Positions 10,574-24,456 of a stretch of 64,000 bases of DNA are shown one piece after another. A model generated the notes under the pieces. It was not told the origin of the DNA, made no database searches, and worked only from the letters and a program-made list of their open reading frames with translations. Source of the DNA: Lepidodermella squamata (taxonomy: Eukaryota; Animalia; Gastrotricha); the NCBI GenBank assembly GCA_047495785.1, contig JBLDXI010000025.1:186001-250000 (forward strand). Reading direction: 5' to 3'. Both the position numbers and the translations under genes were made by a program. Numbering within the stretch: position 1 is the stretch's first letter; every line of letters starts with the position of its first letter.

Positions 10574-13364
10574 TCAGAAGCTGGCACTCTGCGGCGACGC
10601 GACCCCGCCCATGCCGCCTCCGCCGCCCCCGCCGCCCACCATCTCACTGGTGGAGGCGTCGGGCGGCGTGGTCGGGGTGGCCGGCATCATGGCCATGATG
10701 ACGGAGGGCGACATGACGCCGCTGGTCGGCCGCGAGCCCGCCTGCTGCTGCATGAGGGCGCCGGCGCTGGCGAAGTGGGCGGATGGGCCGGGCGTGCCGG
10801 GCTGCGAGTGGCCCCCACCCGAGTGCGCCGACTGGTAGCGCGCGTGCATCGTCCGGCTCAGCTGGTACACGTACGAGATGTCCGGCCGCAGGTCCGGGTT
10901 CGGGTTTATGCACGCCGCCACCAGGTCTCGCAGTTCCTCACTGTTTCAAGAATAAAATGATAAAAATCAAGAACAAATTCAAGGAAAACATAATGCGAAA
11001 TCTTTGCGTCTAAACTCTAAACATTTGCGACGCTAAAAATGAGATTCCAGCTCTAAAATTAAGCGTCCTGGCACTACATTGTTCTGATTCTTAGCGCTTT
11101 CAACTCTGTCGTTTCTTGAACGTTCGTTGAACCTAGGATTTTTATGTTAGAACAATACTCCAAGTTTGTTCCCAAGCCGGTTATCATCGGAAAATCTAAT
11201 TTACTGATGGAACCCTAAATGTAGGGTGCTCGCTTGGTCCACACAGTAACCTCAGTATCTCTAGCTGACTGAATTTTGAAATCTGAAGCCAAAGTAAAAC
11301 AAAGCACTTTTCCAATTTTTTCATATTAAGCCGCGTCACACAGAAATTATGCACTCGTCATTAGTTTACAGAATTCAGTTTTAAGCTTTGCACATCCTTT
11401 GCATTTTCGTGAAAAGAATGCGCATCCTATTGCTCAGAAAAAAAACAGGAGGCAAGTGATAGTGCGAGCATTTTTTCATGTGATTCAGGATTGCCCTGAA
11501 TCCTGGTGGACAATGTTCACCCGTCAATGAGCCCCCTTCATCTCATAAAAATAGCAGTTAAAACTGTCGAAACTATGGGATTGTTGTGGATGATCTCAAC
11601 TTGTTTGGTAATTTACTGAATCGCAGTAAAAAATCCACCCTTCCTATTTTTGAAACCATTCTTTAACCACTTCCCACCCACAAAATTGATTCCAGCACCA
11701 AGTAAACGTCGTAAATTAAGGTTTTCTGAACTACGGACATGGAGCTTACCCGTAAATGTCGGCTGGCAGTGCCGGGTAGTCGCATTGTTCGATTTTTTTG
11801 CACAACGAGTAAAGGTTCATCTTATCGCCGTAGAAGGGGGATTGCAACGCCGCCATCTGCAGAAAAAACAAACAAGCAGCAAATTATTCGAAAATTGTTA
11901 TTGTTGCTGTTTTACTACTTATTCAATTTTCTTTTTTTCAAATCGAATAATTTTTCTTCGTTCTTATATGACAGTTCAACTGCATTACAAGCAATCGCCT
12001 TGAACTGGTACGTACACTTGTGCACCGGTGATTTTTGACGCAAGATCACGCAGATTGCCGCCGAACACGCAAAAGCACAGCCGGTCTTACTAGTGTATAA
12101 TAACAAAAAACAACCCACCACCGTCCTAAAAGTAGCAGCCGTAGTACGCGCCATGCCACTGCTACTACTACTACTACTACAGAGTACCTATACTCTATTA
12201 GCAGGTATATAAGAAGAAGTGGCCGGCGCGTCTTTCACTCACGGCTGCGTCGTCTGTCGCCCTTTCAACGGCCGGCTTCATTACGCGGTGAAAAAAAGAG
12301 GCGCTGTATAAACTTTATTGAGGCGCAGTCGCAAAAACAACTCAACACCACCGCGGCGCGAGATCGATAAATAATAAAACAAGGCTCGCAGAGAGCGGCA
12401 CAGCGTCTGCTGCTGCTGTGCATTTTTAACTTCACATGCCACAGGTGCAAAATCGATTGCGGCGGCGTGTAACGAAACGCAAGGATGCGGTGCAATTTTT
12501 TCTCCGCGGTGTGAGCCGATCGATGATCAGGTGGGAGAGGCGACAAAAAACCTCACCTCATAGAGCAAACAGCCCAAGCTCCAAATGTCGGATTTAAAAT
12601 TGTAACCGGTTTCGTGTATCCGCTCGGGCGACATGTAATACGGAGTTCCAACTGCAAAATTGAACATAAATTATCGAGAAACATTCTAAAGGAATGAAAA
12701 GAAATTTACCCAATGAGTGAGCTGCTGTGGTTTTAGAACTGAAAAATCTACCGAGGCCAAGATCTCCTAATTTCACGATGCCCTGAGCTGTGATGAAAAC
12801 GTTAGCTGGCTTAATATCGCGATGCATGATTCGTTTGCTGTGCATATGTTCTAAAGCACTGCAAATTTGTGTGAAGTACTTCCAGATTGTCTTCTCAGGA
12901 ATGAGACGATTCTGGCGTTTGAAGTGTTTTATCATGCGTGACAAGTCACCGGCGTCAGCTAGCTCGAGAGCTATGTTCAATTCGTTGTTTTCGATGAATG
13001 ACGATAAGTATTTTATAACATTAGGGTGGTTTAGCTGTTTCAATAGATCTATTTCTTTGATGCAATCCTGCCTCGCTTTTGCATCCATCATTTCGAAGAT
13101 CTATGAAACAACAGAACTTAAGATTTCAGAAGACTAAAATGAATTTTTCTCTACCTGAACTTTCTTCAGCGCTACTATTTGCCCATCGACTTTGTTACGA
13201 GCACGCCACACTTCGCTAAACTGCCCCTTGCCGATTTTCTTCTCGACTTCGAAGAATTGGAGAGAACAGTAGCAATTTCTCGTGTCACCTGCGAATTGCT
13301 GTGGTTGCTGAGAGGGCATGCCCATTCCAGCAACTGGAGCCACCGGTGTGCTGTCGCATTCCAT
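10574..13364 (-). CDS. NEK7: NIMA-related kinase NEK6/NEK7; exons 13155-13364, 12710-13100, 12557-12651, 11750-11856, 10574-10940
   Basis: [79 protein letters not shown] and [28 protein letters not shown] are near-identical to NEK6/7. Confidence 0.95.
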
Positions 13365-14205
13365 ATTAGACTACAGCAATATGGAATCTAAATTAGAAAA
13401 TACAGGATAAGGATAAACGAAAGCCATGTGCTGAGATAAGATTTCAGTCGAAATTGCAGTTTAAAAGAACCACATTTCTCATGTTAACATCAAATTCAAG
13501 AGATAATAAGTAGCTATAAAGCAGTTAGCTATAATAATAATAGTTATTTTGCCGATTCAGCCCAAACATCATTTAGCTATTTTGAGCTACTGCAAGCTGG
13601 ATACTACTAAACGCTTAACGAACACCCTGAAGACAATAAAAATGTATTTATGTGGGCTAACAGTTCTCCAGGCCAAGATGCAAATAAACTAATTGACTTT
13701 TCGAATTGTAAGAACGCATTAAGCGAAAAATAGCCTCTGTTGTACGCACTTGGTTCTCATGGGTCATGAGATCAAGGTTCTGAACACCAGTTGAAAAGAA
13801 ACACCAGCGCACTTGGGCTTAAAACGCTAAGCAAATGAAACACTATTGGGAGTCCCACAAGAGGACAAATAAAGCCATGACTAAATAATGTCAAGGGAGG
13901 AGGGAAGAATATGAATAAACCAGAATGGAGTTTAGCGAGTCCCACGTCTCCGGCCAGTGGAATGCGAAAGCTAGCCAATGCAAAAGCTAGCCAAACTCGC
14001 CAGAGGCTGCTGGCATCGCATCAACTCAGCTGAGCGCTCAAGGATTAGCGTTTTCTTCGCATAAATATTTCAAAAAATTGTATATCTTATACTAAACTAA
14101 AGGTAAATAATATGTTACAATTTTTAATTATCTAGCAACGTTTGTAGCAACGCAAAGACCGCGAAGTTTGAAAACTGGTTCGGTTTCGGGATGATCATAA
14201 TAGGT

Positions 14206-15045
14206 TCCCAGCTAGGGTCTCCAAGCTGGATAGCGTGGGCTACAAGTATTTCAAGAGATCACGTGATATCCCGTTTTGTGCTTCCAATCTGTCGACCGGT
14301 TTCACTATGGGAATAATACCTACTAGTCTAAAAGCGAAACTTAATGCTGTTAAATTTGTGTGTGAGCTGACCAGGTGCGATAATCCTTTAGTACAGGATG
14401 CTTTTTCTTTCTACTACCACTCTCGTCCTAAATTGGGTGTTCTTAACCCTATTCATGCAGCTCGAAATTTTCTTGTTTCTTACAATATAACACCTGACTT
14501 TTGGCTATTACGAGATCCAACCTTCATGAACCAGACTTTTAAGCTGGTCAAAGACGTTTACACCACAGAACTTTCAGTGAAGTTTCACCTTAAATACGAT
14601 AATACATATCTATTAGCTAAAAAAGGATACTTCGGTATTAGCAATATTTTCGAAAACTACCCGCCAGATTTACGTGCGACTGCTTTTCAAATTATCACTA
14701 ACACTATTTTTCGTCGTCTAGAGCACATTATTTTTAGAATCACCAAAGTTAAGTGCATGTATTGTGGCGATGATACACCTCTTAGACTGCTAGCATATCA
14801 TCTATCATACGAATGTGCGTCCTTAGTTAGTCATGATCCTGAAAGATTGCTCAGTTCCGACAATAGCATAGTCAAAAACACCTTGATTTTCTTTAAGCGC
14901 CTAATCAAGGCATTTAATTTGGCCATATAAACTGATGTCTGAGGATTGGCAAATTACCTCTGACAATAGGGCCATATTCTGCCCAATGATATAATTTGCT
15001 TCCTAGGGAACCTGAGGTTCCCTAGGTATGAGGGCAGGCAGGCAG
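14206..15045 (+). mobile_element. 5'-truncated non-LTR retrotransposon (LINE 3' end) with a 13-bp target-site duplication
   Basis: GATCATAATAGGT at 14193-14205 and 15046-15058. Open ORF 14235-14930 with a C-terminal CxxC..HxxxxC zinc knuckle (CMYC..YHLSYEC). Perfect 3' hairpin CCTAGGGAACC-TGA-GGTTCCCTAGG and a (GGCA)n tail. Confidence 0.85.
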
Positions 15046-15758
15046 GATCATAATAGGTGCGGATTAACTTCTGTTAACTTCTTAATCGAATCTGTCTGGG
15101 GCGGTACGTATAAAACTGTCGTTGTCTATATTAAGGGGTCGCTGGGATCAATTCAATATCATATTGTGTTCCTACGACCACTTTCAAGTTTGGTACAAGC
15201 TTGAATCTTCAAGTTGAGAAGATTGAACGGCCTCAGTAATCTCTTGAAATAATTATCATGACTTCGAGAGAATTAATGGCGCGACAACAATGCATCAGGA
15301 TGTGACTTTGATTAGTAAGTAGAGGGACTTCAGGCACTCTGACATGCCAAAGACGTTGGTTCATGACCAATCGAACGTAGGGTGTTCAAGACATCGTGAT
15401 TTGGGTACCTTTGGATTTGGGATACCTCGAGCAAACAAACCTGGATGTATGCAGTGTCATGCATTGCTGGATAAGAAATGACAATATTCCTAGAGGGAAG
15501 TTCTGAAAATATCATTTTTGCTATTCATGAGATGACATTGAGGCAATAGCTGAATAAACTGGTCACATTTTGAACTAAGATCCTTCCTGTGGAGTTCAAC
15601 CTAGAAACAACTAACCGAATTTTAACCGAGAAGGATGAATTTGCTGAACAATTTATTCTTGTTTAACAAAACTTGAATACTTGTGTATAGGGAGCGAGTC
15701 CACCTCCCATCTTCCCTCCCGGTCCCCTTACAACCGCGTAAGCGAACACGGAGTGTGT

Positions 15759-15900
15759 GTCGGCCATGGTGGCTCAAAGGTTAGAGCCGTGCCTTCTCAG
15801 AAAGACAGCCCGGGTTTAATCCCCGGGTACGACACTTTTCGAGCACTCGTGTAGCGCGTTACATTGTGTACCTATGCTTTGAAATAACCAAACTCGAGAT
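15759..15900 (+). mobile_element. tRNA-derived SINE-like head or tRNA pseudogene
   Basis: TGGCTCAAAGGTTAGAGC (A box/D arm-like) and CCCGGGTTTAATCCCCGGG (B box/T arm-like), but no proper anticodon stem. Confidence 0.5.
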
Positions 15901-16856
15901 CCAAAATGAACAGCATCTACCAAGATGCGTTAGATGCGATCCATCAAGTACTCTTCAACTGAGAAGGCTGAAGAAATAAAAAGTCGGATGGTAGTTTCAA
16001 TCAATTTGTCACTTTATTCATTTATCATTCTCAAATCTGATTGTACAATAGCCGATATTTATCGTCATCATGCGGAAATAGCTTGAATAATTCAATACGA
16101 TAATGATGATATTTATAATGGTAATGATTGCAGCAACACTAAAGCAGTCATATTCGCGCATGTTTTCTACAGATAGGTATGGATGGTAAAAGAGTGAAGC
16201 TCAGAGCTTGTGGCAAAGATCTCGGTTGTTGATAATTAGCCAGCAGCTGATTTGTACACGACAACAACAACAACAACAAGAACGACAAGAACGAAATGAT
16301 AGATTTCGACAAACAAGCAAAGGAACAAGCGCGCGCAGGGTGGAACAAACAAACGAACAAGAAACGAATTATTTACTAGCAATTTTATTGACACTACAGA
16401 TGTTGGACTACACAGATGTTTGTTTGACAAATAATAATAATAATAATAAGATTGATAATAGTTGATACCACTACTATTACTAGAGGCGGTAGAAGAAGTT
16501 GAAAATTACGAATACCCACTGGATGTTTCGCAGAGTCATTTTCAGGCAGCCTGATTGTTTTGTGTTTCATTGATGCAGCACAGGATGTGAACAAGAACAA
16601 GAACAAGAACAAGAACGTTAAGTATTTGACAGACAGATGAAACAACAATAATTTACAACAATAAGAAGCAGCATTATTTTTTATTGCTTGAAACCAGCAA
16701 AACAATGTAGTAGAAATTTGGCGATTGAGGCGTTGCGTTTATCACAAGAAAACAGCAATGCAGAATTTCTCAGATCTCCGAGAAAAAGTGAATGAAAATA
16801 ACTGCTTTTTTCATCATAATTTCAGACATCTGAGTGTTTCAATAATTGATTAGCGA

Positions 16857-19140
16857 TCAAACTACAAGAACTTCGCGGCCGGCGAATGCATGCGAGCCAA
16901 CCATGCGTGGACTAGTTTGATACGCCTGTTTGCCATTGCTGTTATTCGGATCAGTATTCTGGCCGCCGTCATTCTGGCTATTGCTATTAGGGTCTTTTTG
17001 ATTCAACTCGAGGTGTTGCTTCAGGTGCTTGGACCTGATCTTCGACGCCGCGTCCATCGCCTCGGACGGCGACGACCGGCTGCGGAACAACTGCGACGCC
17101 GATGACGCCGACGAAGAGTCACTCGCCGTCGAGGTCGATGTTATCGACGGCGACGACTCGTCGATTTTGCACGGCGACGCCGATTTCGCGGCGATCAGGT
17201 AGTTGGTGGATGAGTAGCGGCGCTTGAAGTCGAACTTGCGGCGCGAATACCGCGTCTGGCGCGTGCCGAAGCACCGCTCGGGCCGCTTGTTCGGGTCCGT
17301 GTCGTCGTCCGAGTCGTCCTCGTTGTCCTCCGAGTGCGCGTGGCCCGAGTCCGACGACGAGATGAAGTGCGTCGACTCGGAGCCGAGCGACGACAGCGCG
17401 AGCGGCGACACGCTGTTCTCGAGCTCGGCCGCCTCCTCCGCCAGCGACACGATGTCCGTGCACGATTTCGCCGTCTGCTGCTGCTGGTGCAGATGATTGA
17501 GGGAGGTCGTGAATTCGACGACCCGCGCCGGGTCAGAGATGCAGACGCGGTTCTTGCGCAGCCGCGGCCGCGACGCGCCGTTCACGTCCGGCGACGCCTG
17601 CAGCGGCTTCGGCTGCTGCGGCGGCGGCGGCGCTGCGATCGCGTCGTCGGCGAGGCAGCACGTCGACTTGGACGGCGACGGCGACGCCTCGATGACGGCC
17701 GAGACGACGAGGCGGCGGGCGGTGGGCAGCTGCGGCGAGATGGTGTCGCTCGAGCGGAACTTGTCGCGGTGTTCCGGCTTGAGCTTGCGGCTGCTCGAGC
17801 CCAGCTTCGTGAGGCGCAGCTTCAGGCTCGACATTATCGCCCGGCCGAACGTTTTCGGCGCGGCCGCCGATGCGCTGCTCGGCGACGGCAGTAACGCGGC
17901 GGCTAAACCTATCGAGGAAAGAGAACAGGTTAAATGATAATTTCAAGAAGCTGTTCGCTTAATAATTTCTGAAACACCTGTATTTCGTAGGTAATTTTTC
18001 TCAATTTTTAAATAATTTGTTCAAAAAAGTAGTTCCAAGAAAGCTATTCGGCTTGAGAGAAGGATATAATTACGCCAAGGTTCCAAGATTTTCACAATTT
18101 GTTCACTGCATTGTTCACTTGCAAATTCATCTCATAGGTACGATTGGAACCTTAAGGAAATGGAACTGGAAGCCCGAAATTTGATGCTGCGATGTTCGAT
18201 CTTACGAGGCAATTTGAAATGTCATGAAAAGCAGAAGAGCTTGAAAAATTGCCAACGTGAACATGAAAAATCCGGAATGACCGGCCCAGCCAAGGAAAAT
18301 GCCGAAAATGGCCAAACCAGGATAGTGCATTGCTCCCATAAGTTGGGCAACCGTTTCCGATTTCGCATTTTATCGAAAATGTTTTCCCATTATTTGATGA
18401 TAACTGATCGGAGATTTTCGGTGTTTTACCCGGTTGGACCAAATCTCTGCGCATTTTATATTTCCTATAGCACGTTTCACACGAATTTGCTAAATTTGCC
18501 AAATCTAGCGAAATTAAACGCAGATATTTGTACTGATTTTTCATTGAATGGTTTTTCAAAATTTTAGTTTATCGAATATTTGTAAATTTCCGTTATACTA
18601 ACCTGGCGGCGTTGGGGTCGAAGCTGGTTGGAGTTGTCGGCGGGGCGGCGTGGGCACAGGCGCCAGTCGCAACGCCTGCGTCGCATGGGGCGGAGCACTT
18701 GCGGGAGTCGGCGAGCACGACGAACAGCTAATAGACACCGTAGTGGCTTCGGTGACTTTTTTGCGCAGCTGCGCATTCTCGACGCGCAGTTGCGCAATCG
18801 CCGCGTCCTTGGCGCGCAGGGCCGCGGCGACCCTCGCGGCGTCGCGGCGCAGCTGCCCGAGCAGGGTGACGAGCTCGGCGTCGGCGCGCCGCTTCAGCGC
18901 CTCGTTGTCGGCCTCGAGGCGCGCGGCGTGCGACCGCGACGCCGCCAGTTGCTTGCGCAGCGAGAAGATCCACTCGAGGAGGACGCGCGTGAGCACGGGC
19001 GGCGGCGGCTTCTTAAGCCCATCGCCGCTCGTCGTCGCCGCCGCTTTCGATTGGCCGACCACGTGGTCGTCGTCCAACACTTCGAATACCGTCGACTTCG
19101 AGGACGACAGCAAATCGTCGACGGTTATCGTTGCTGACAT
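16857..19140 (-). CDS. Uncharacterised coiled-coil/Ser-rich protein (about 530 aa); exons 18603-19140 and 16857-17908
   Basis: GC-rich open exons joined by a phase-1 GT-AG intron. Heptad segment LEWIFSLRKQL..LRAKDAAIAQLRVENAQLRKKV. Long AT-rich 3' UTR to about 16010. Further 5' exons are possible. Confidence 0.72.
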
Positions 19141-21461
19141 TAATTAATACAGTCAATTCATTAACACAAACATCTATTCCAAAAGTCAGAGAAATTAACA
19201 TGGATGAAAAAACACTCTTGGTCACTTGAGCGCGTGAATGCGTCTCAGTAAAAAATAGTCATAATGACATCACTTTTACGTTAACCAATTTGTAGACGGC
19301 ATGGGTCAGTATTCATGGAACCAGCGGAATTTAGGAGAAAATACCACTTCTTATCCCAGATGGAATTTCATCTGGCTGCCAAGGTGATAACAGCTCATTT
19401 GATGAAAAAAAACTAATTTATCGCGTTTTTCCTGGTAATAAAACGCGCAATTTCCAGCTAATAATTGCGCCCATCTAGATAAGAAAACGTTCATTTTTTG
19501 TCGCAAGGCGTGAAAAATCACGGCGAGATATATACTTAAGTGGACTCCCCCGCAGCAGCTATCCGAATCTAAATTTCCCGTGGTAATAATGAAGAATCGT
19601 CCAATTATTTAGATGCTTAGAAGAAGAAGTTGCGTGTTGACAAAAAATTATCAAGTCAAGACAGTAGCGAAGAGTGCAATTGTCGGCGGCAGCAGCAGGT
19701 GCGTTTTTTATTGCGGCGTAAGAATGTATCTAGGCCGCGCGGTTTAACAACTGATACCCCCGCATGTATTTGCGCGGCACGTGCTGCGCAAAACTCGAAA
19801 TGACCTGACTAAAGTGATGATCGTAAATGAGAGCAACAGCTGCGGTGCTAAATCGACCGGCGCTTTATTAGCCGCGTGCTGAAGCCAAAAGTTAACGACC
19901 GAAGCACGCTGAGGCCGGCGGCGGCGCCAAAACACCTACACTGCTGCTGACCAACACACAATCACAGGTGCGTCGAAAAAAGCAGTCGCTGATTGATGAT
20001 TGCAGCAGCAGCGTGGCGGCCGGCCGTTTTTACGACGCGAACAGTATCAACATCAACAACAGGCCGTTTTTATTGCAGGCCGGGCCTGTGTTTATGCAAA
20101 AAGCGTGCGCGCGTGCCTTTCGCGTGCCTACGGCGGGGTAATCCCCCAACGCGTCTCGAGAACAAAAAATCGGCAGATGCTTCTGCGTCGACGAACGGCG
20201 GACGTGCGGCAGTGAATGGCCGGCGAAAAATACTTACAGCAGCGGCGGTGAATTTACTAGAAAAACACTGCTCATAATAAATTAGACGACGAAATCGAAT
20301 ACCTTCGAACGAACGACGAAGGCACAACAAACAAACAAACAAACAAACATGCGAATAAACAAATACACGCAATTCGATCAATTTTTTCCAACATCAGTAC
20401 GCCTACTGTCACTGTTAATCAGACTCTTGCGCGTTTTCTACATCTCGAGAATAAAAATCATCAACTAAATGCGCGGAAAGAGTTGAGAGAAGCGCGTGAC
20501 CTACATTATTTTTTTATTACACGAACTGCGCCGCGCATTTTAAAAATGCACGATTTTATTGCCCTCAGAAATCGCTCGCATTACAAATTTGTTCACGCGA
20601 AAAATACATTAAATGGGTTAGACTCCTCGGTGTAAATTCTTAAAAAATGGTGTAAATGCGCGGGCCCGAATGCGTGGAAAGCGAAAATTTGACGTAAAAT
20701 CAGTTGTCCACAAAACACATAACGTTAAAGGCAACTAATTCCTTCTCGAAGCTATATCATTCACCTCAACATGTAATAGTGACTGTGAAAGGTTAGACTA
20801 GCCGTTCTAAAAAAAGAAAGATGCATACGCGGAAAGGCTTGATTTTGTTGTACACCGATGAGACGCTTCACTACAAAAAAGTGTTTCGACGATTTTTGTT
20901 GGCAACGCATCGCAAAACAAACGTGAGTAAACGCGACGGCTGTGGAGAAAGAGATAAAAGGATGAGAAAACACGGCGGTGATGGCGTCAGTGTTGGTAGT
21001 GGCAGTAGATGCAAGTAAAAAGCAGTCAGTCATGCCCGTTGGCGTTGTCATCGCCGCCGTCGTCCCTGTTGCTGCCTGCGCTCTCGAACAACGTCAACAA
21101 CGCGGCTAATTGTGCCGCCTGTATTTGCCCGTGCAGCAGCGATGCAACAAAATAACTGCAACAAACAAAGCAACAAAGCCATGGACATGTCACGTCGAGT
21201 CATTTAACGCAACAGAACTACCGAAACAGCGGAATCATCGTGGTGAATCATCGTCGGCGGGTATTTCGCCGGGTTTTCATCGTCAGTGAAATTTAATCGG
21301 CGCGCCTGATGATGATGATGATGATGATGAGGATGAGGATGAGGATGAACTTCGGGGGGTAACTTGGCCGTAAAAGTGAGGATGAGCTCAGAGAAAAGAC
21401 TCAGAAAATGGTGTGGCTCCAAAGACATTTTGCACCTTGAACAGTTTGGGTTTACGCCAAA

Positions 21462-24456
21462 ACTTGGAACAGATGATGCTTGCACGGTTTTCTACGAGTA
21501 AATTCTAGGTTAAACCGCTGGTGTGAAACGTGCGAAATCGGCACTAATTTGACCTAATTAAATAATGTCAGTCGCGCGCTCAATTGCTAAATTTAAAAAC
21601 AGCAACGCACATTTCTGTTTTATTGAAGGGTAATAATGCCGCAAACAGCAAAAATCCCAAACCGGCGCAGAATTCTAAAGAACTTGAGAATCCGCTTTGG
21701 GAGCGGAGGTGAAAGAATAAAGAACTGAGCTCTTGACGACAAGAGAGCAGCAGTGGCGACTAAAATGAGCGATAATTGCCGTGTCGTGCAACACGTTGTC
21801 GTCGTCGTCGTCGTGTTTGTCGTGTTGCTGTGTCGGCGCGGCGCTTGCCGTCACTTAACCCCAAAGTGCAAACAGCAGCCGGGCCGCGCCGCGCTTCGAC
21901 GCCGGCGATACCACCGAGTTTAACACCGCAAACACGACAAACACGAAGATGATATCGTTGAGCGGCAACGCCGGCAAACACCAGTCGCGGCTAACACCAA
22001 GTGGAGGCGATGAGAACGAGGACAGCGGACGGCGCCGGATGAGCCCTCGCCCCCGTTGTCCTCACCCAGGAATGCGACACTGCGCACATTTCGCCTAAAA
22101 AATATTATCAGCTAAACGCTAAATTGTGGTCGCATTATTCCTTAATTATATCCTAGTTGCTACAGCGCAAGACATTTTACTAACACCAAAACAGCAAGTT
22201 CTGATTACGCGCAAGTTACCATCAATGTAAAAACCAGTCAGATGATAATTTTCTAATTTCTAACTTTTACGCATTAGCCAAACGCGCGACTAAATTTTTA
22301 TTACACGCGTTGCTGTTCGTCTGGGTCGGTCCGCGCATTTGGAAAACGCGCGTTTTTTTGGGGGTGTTTTGCGTTTCGCCGATGAAATCTCTACATTTAG
22401 AGGATGCGAATAAAGTTCCGAATGATTGGGAGAGTTATCCCCCGAAATTGCTCAATGTAATAAAAAAAAACAGGCAATGACTAGCTTGAATTGTGACTTT
22501 CTCTGATGAAAATGAAGGCAGTCAACGGCAAAAATAACACACGCAAACACAAACACAAGTAGGTATAGCTATCGGTGAATTTGTTGTTGTTGTTGTAGTA
22601 GTAGTTTTAATCATCATCAACTATAAGAAGAAGAAGAAGGAAGACTGACTGCAATACCTCTTTGCAAAAATCGACGGCATAAAAGGCGAGAAACAAATAA
22701 CACGCGTTTTGTTGATTGGCGGAAGGCGCGGGCGCGCAATTGATCGACAGCAGGCATTGTTTTTTTCACACCACAGCCACAACTGCCGAGTTGGAGGTGT
22801 TATTTTCCTGTTCTCTTGCGCCCCCAACTACAAATCACGCCAATTACGCCGATGTGATTCGCAAGCGCGCGTGATTTTCTCAAAAACTGCACCGCCAAAA
22901 ATGCTTATAAGCAAATGCAGCTTCCACAACTGGGTCAATTTCGCGAGTTTATTTTTTGAAGGAAGAAATGAACTAAGGAAGAGAAGATTTTTCTATCAAG
23001 GAATATTGTAAACGTGTTGAATTTAAGGCATAAATTCAGCTGAAGAGAAGGTTATTTCCTATGACACCAACGAGAATCAGAAAATCCAAATTAAAGCCCG
23101 AATACTTTTACAGAGCTGGAAACGCAAGATTGAAAATTGAGTGCGCGCAAGAATGTTCAAAAAACAAGGTTTGTGTTATAGCTGCCATTTCGGAGAAACT
23201 TGAGACGAGGTATCGCAGAATATCAAAATCGAAACTAAAAAATGCATTTATAGCCTGCCCAATGATGTAGAGCTGATAGTTCTGGGCGAGAAAAAAATAA
23301 GGATAAATCTTGGAACAAGCGACCAGTGATGATGCGGTTTCAGGTGAGTAAATTCGAGGTTAAACCGCATATCTGCTGGTGTGAAACGTGCGAAATCGGC
23401 ACTAGTGCCAACCTTGGTCCTACATTTTTTCAGGCTGGCCATCACGTTGGCCAAACAGTAACCGGCCCAACACTGCGCGCGCTGCTGCCCGGGATGTTTG
23501 CCCGCTGCTTCATATCACATACAGGTAGGTAGGTAGGTATAGGTAGTAGTGACTGGCGAGCGGGCGCGAATCGCTACGGCAAATACCTGTAGCAGCAACA
23601 CACAGCACTCTCATAGCCGCGGCGTCTTTTTTAGCGGCTCCTTATCCACATGGACCACGACGATAAAACCGTAAGAACGGACGCATCATCATCATCATCG
23701 TCATCAGCGGGAGGCTGCGCGCGGGAAGAAGAGCAATCGGCATCGGGCAGCGGGCACGCGCTCGGCAGCAAGCGCAGCACGTGCGATCGTCGCACAGGCA
23801 AACACGCCCAGCCCATGTGGACATTCTAAACAACTACGCTAAGTGGCGTCTTATTTGCCGAGCGCGCGTCGTCTTTTTACGTCCGAGAACGATGAGCTGT
23901 GCTGGCCTCTAATAGCCGCTTAATAGGCGGCGCATGAAACGAGAAGCCGCCTAAGAATAAGCAGCGCAAAAAACCAGTGGCTGGCTGGCTGGTCGCGGTT
24001 CGTCGGCATCGTCATCATCGCCAGCACAACGACGAAAAAAACAATAACAATTTCACGCGCGCGCGTATGAGGTGTTCGCTGCTAAATCGACACTCAATAA
24101 TTGCTAATTGAATGAACCGAGAATTTTCCTATTCTGCAGCCTATTCCTTCCTCCTTATTCTTCCAATCTTACCTTAAATAGAAAGATGTTCTGGTATTAC
24201 GAGTCACTGACGCGAATCAAAATGCGACAATAAATGTAAATTTTAAAATTATTAAGCCTCTATTCGTGTTGCCAAGTGTAGATGCCAAGTGCTACAGAAA
24301 AAGAGCGATTTCGACTCTGTGGCTGTTGCTGTTTGAGGGCCTAAAAAGCCGAGCAAAGGACCGTTTTAAACAACAAATGACGTAGATTGGGCTTTTATTG
24401 ATAGCAATTAACGCACGCGTTTTACTCGTCTGGGTCAGGTCCGCGCATTTGAAAAA
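21462..24456. repeat. Two short dispersed repeat pairs in non-coding DNA (21462-21546 with 23309-23404; 22304-22346 with 24414-24456)
   Basis: Shared cores GAGTAAATTC.AGGTTAAACCGC..GCTGGTGTGAAACGTGCGAAATCGGCACTA and TCGTCTGGGTC(A)GGTCCGCGCATTTG. Confidence 0.7.

Noticed and set aside
21204-21485. His-rich ORF
   Set aside because: Derives from a (GAT)n/(GAGGAT)n microsatellite; no splice or homology support.
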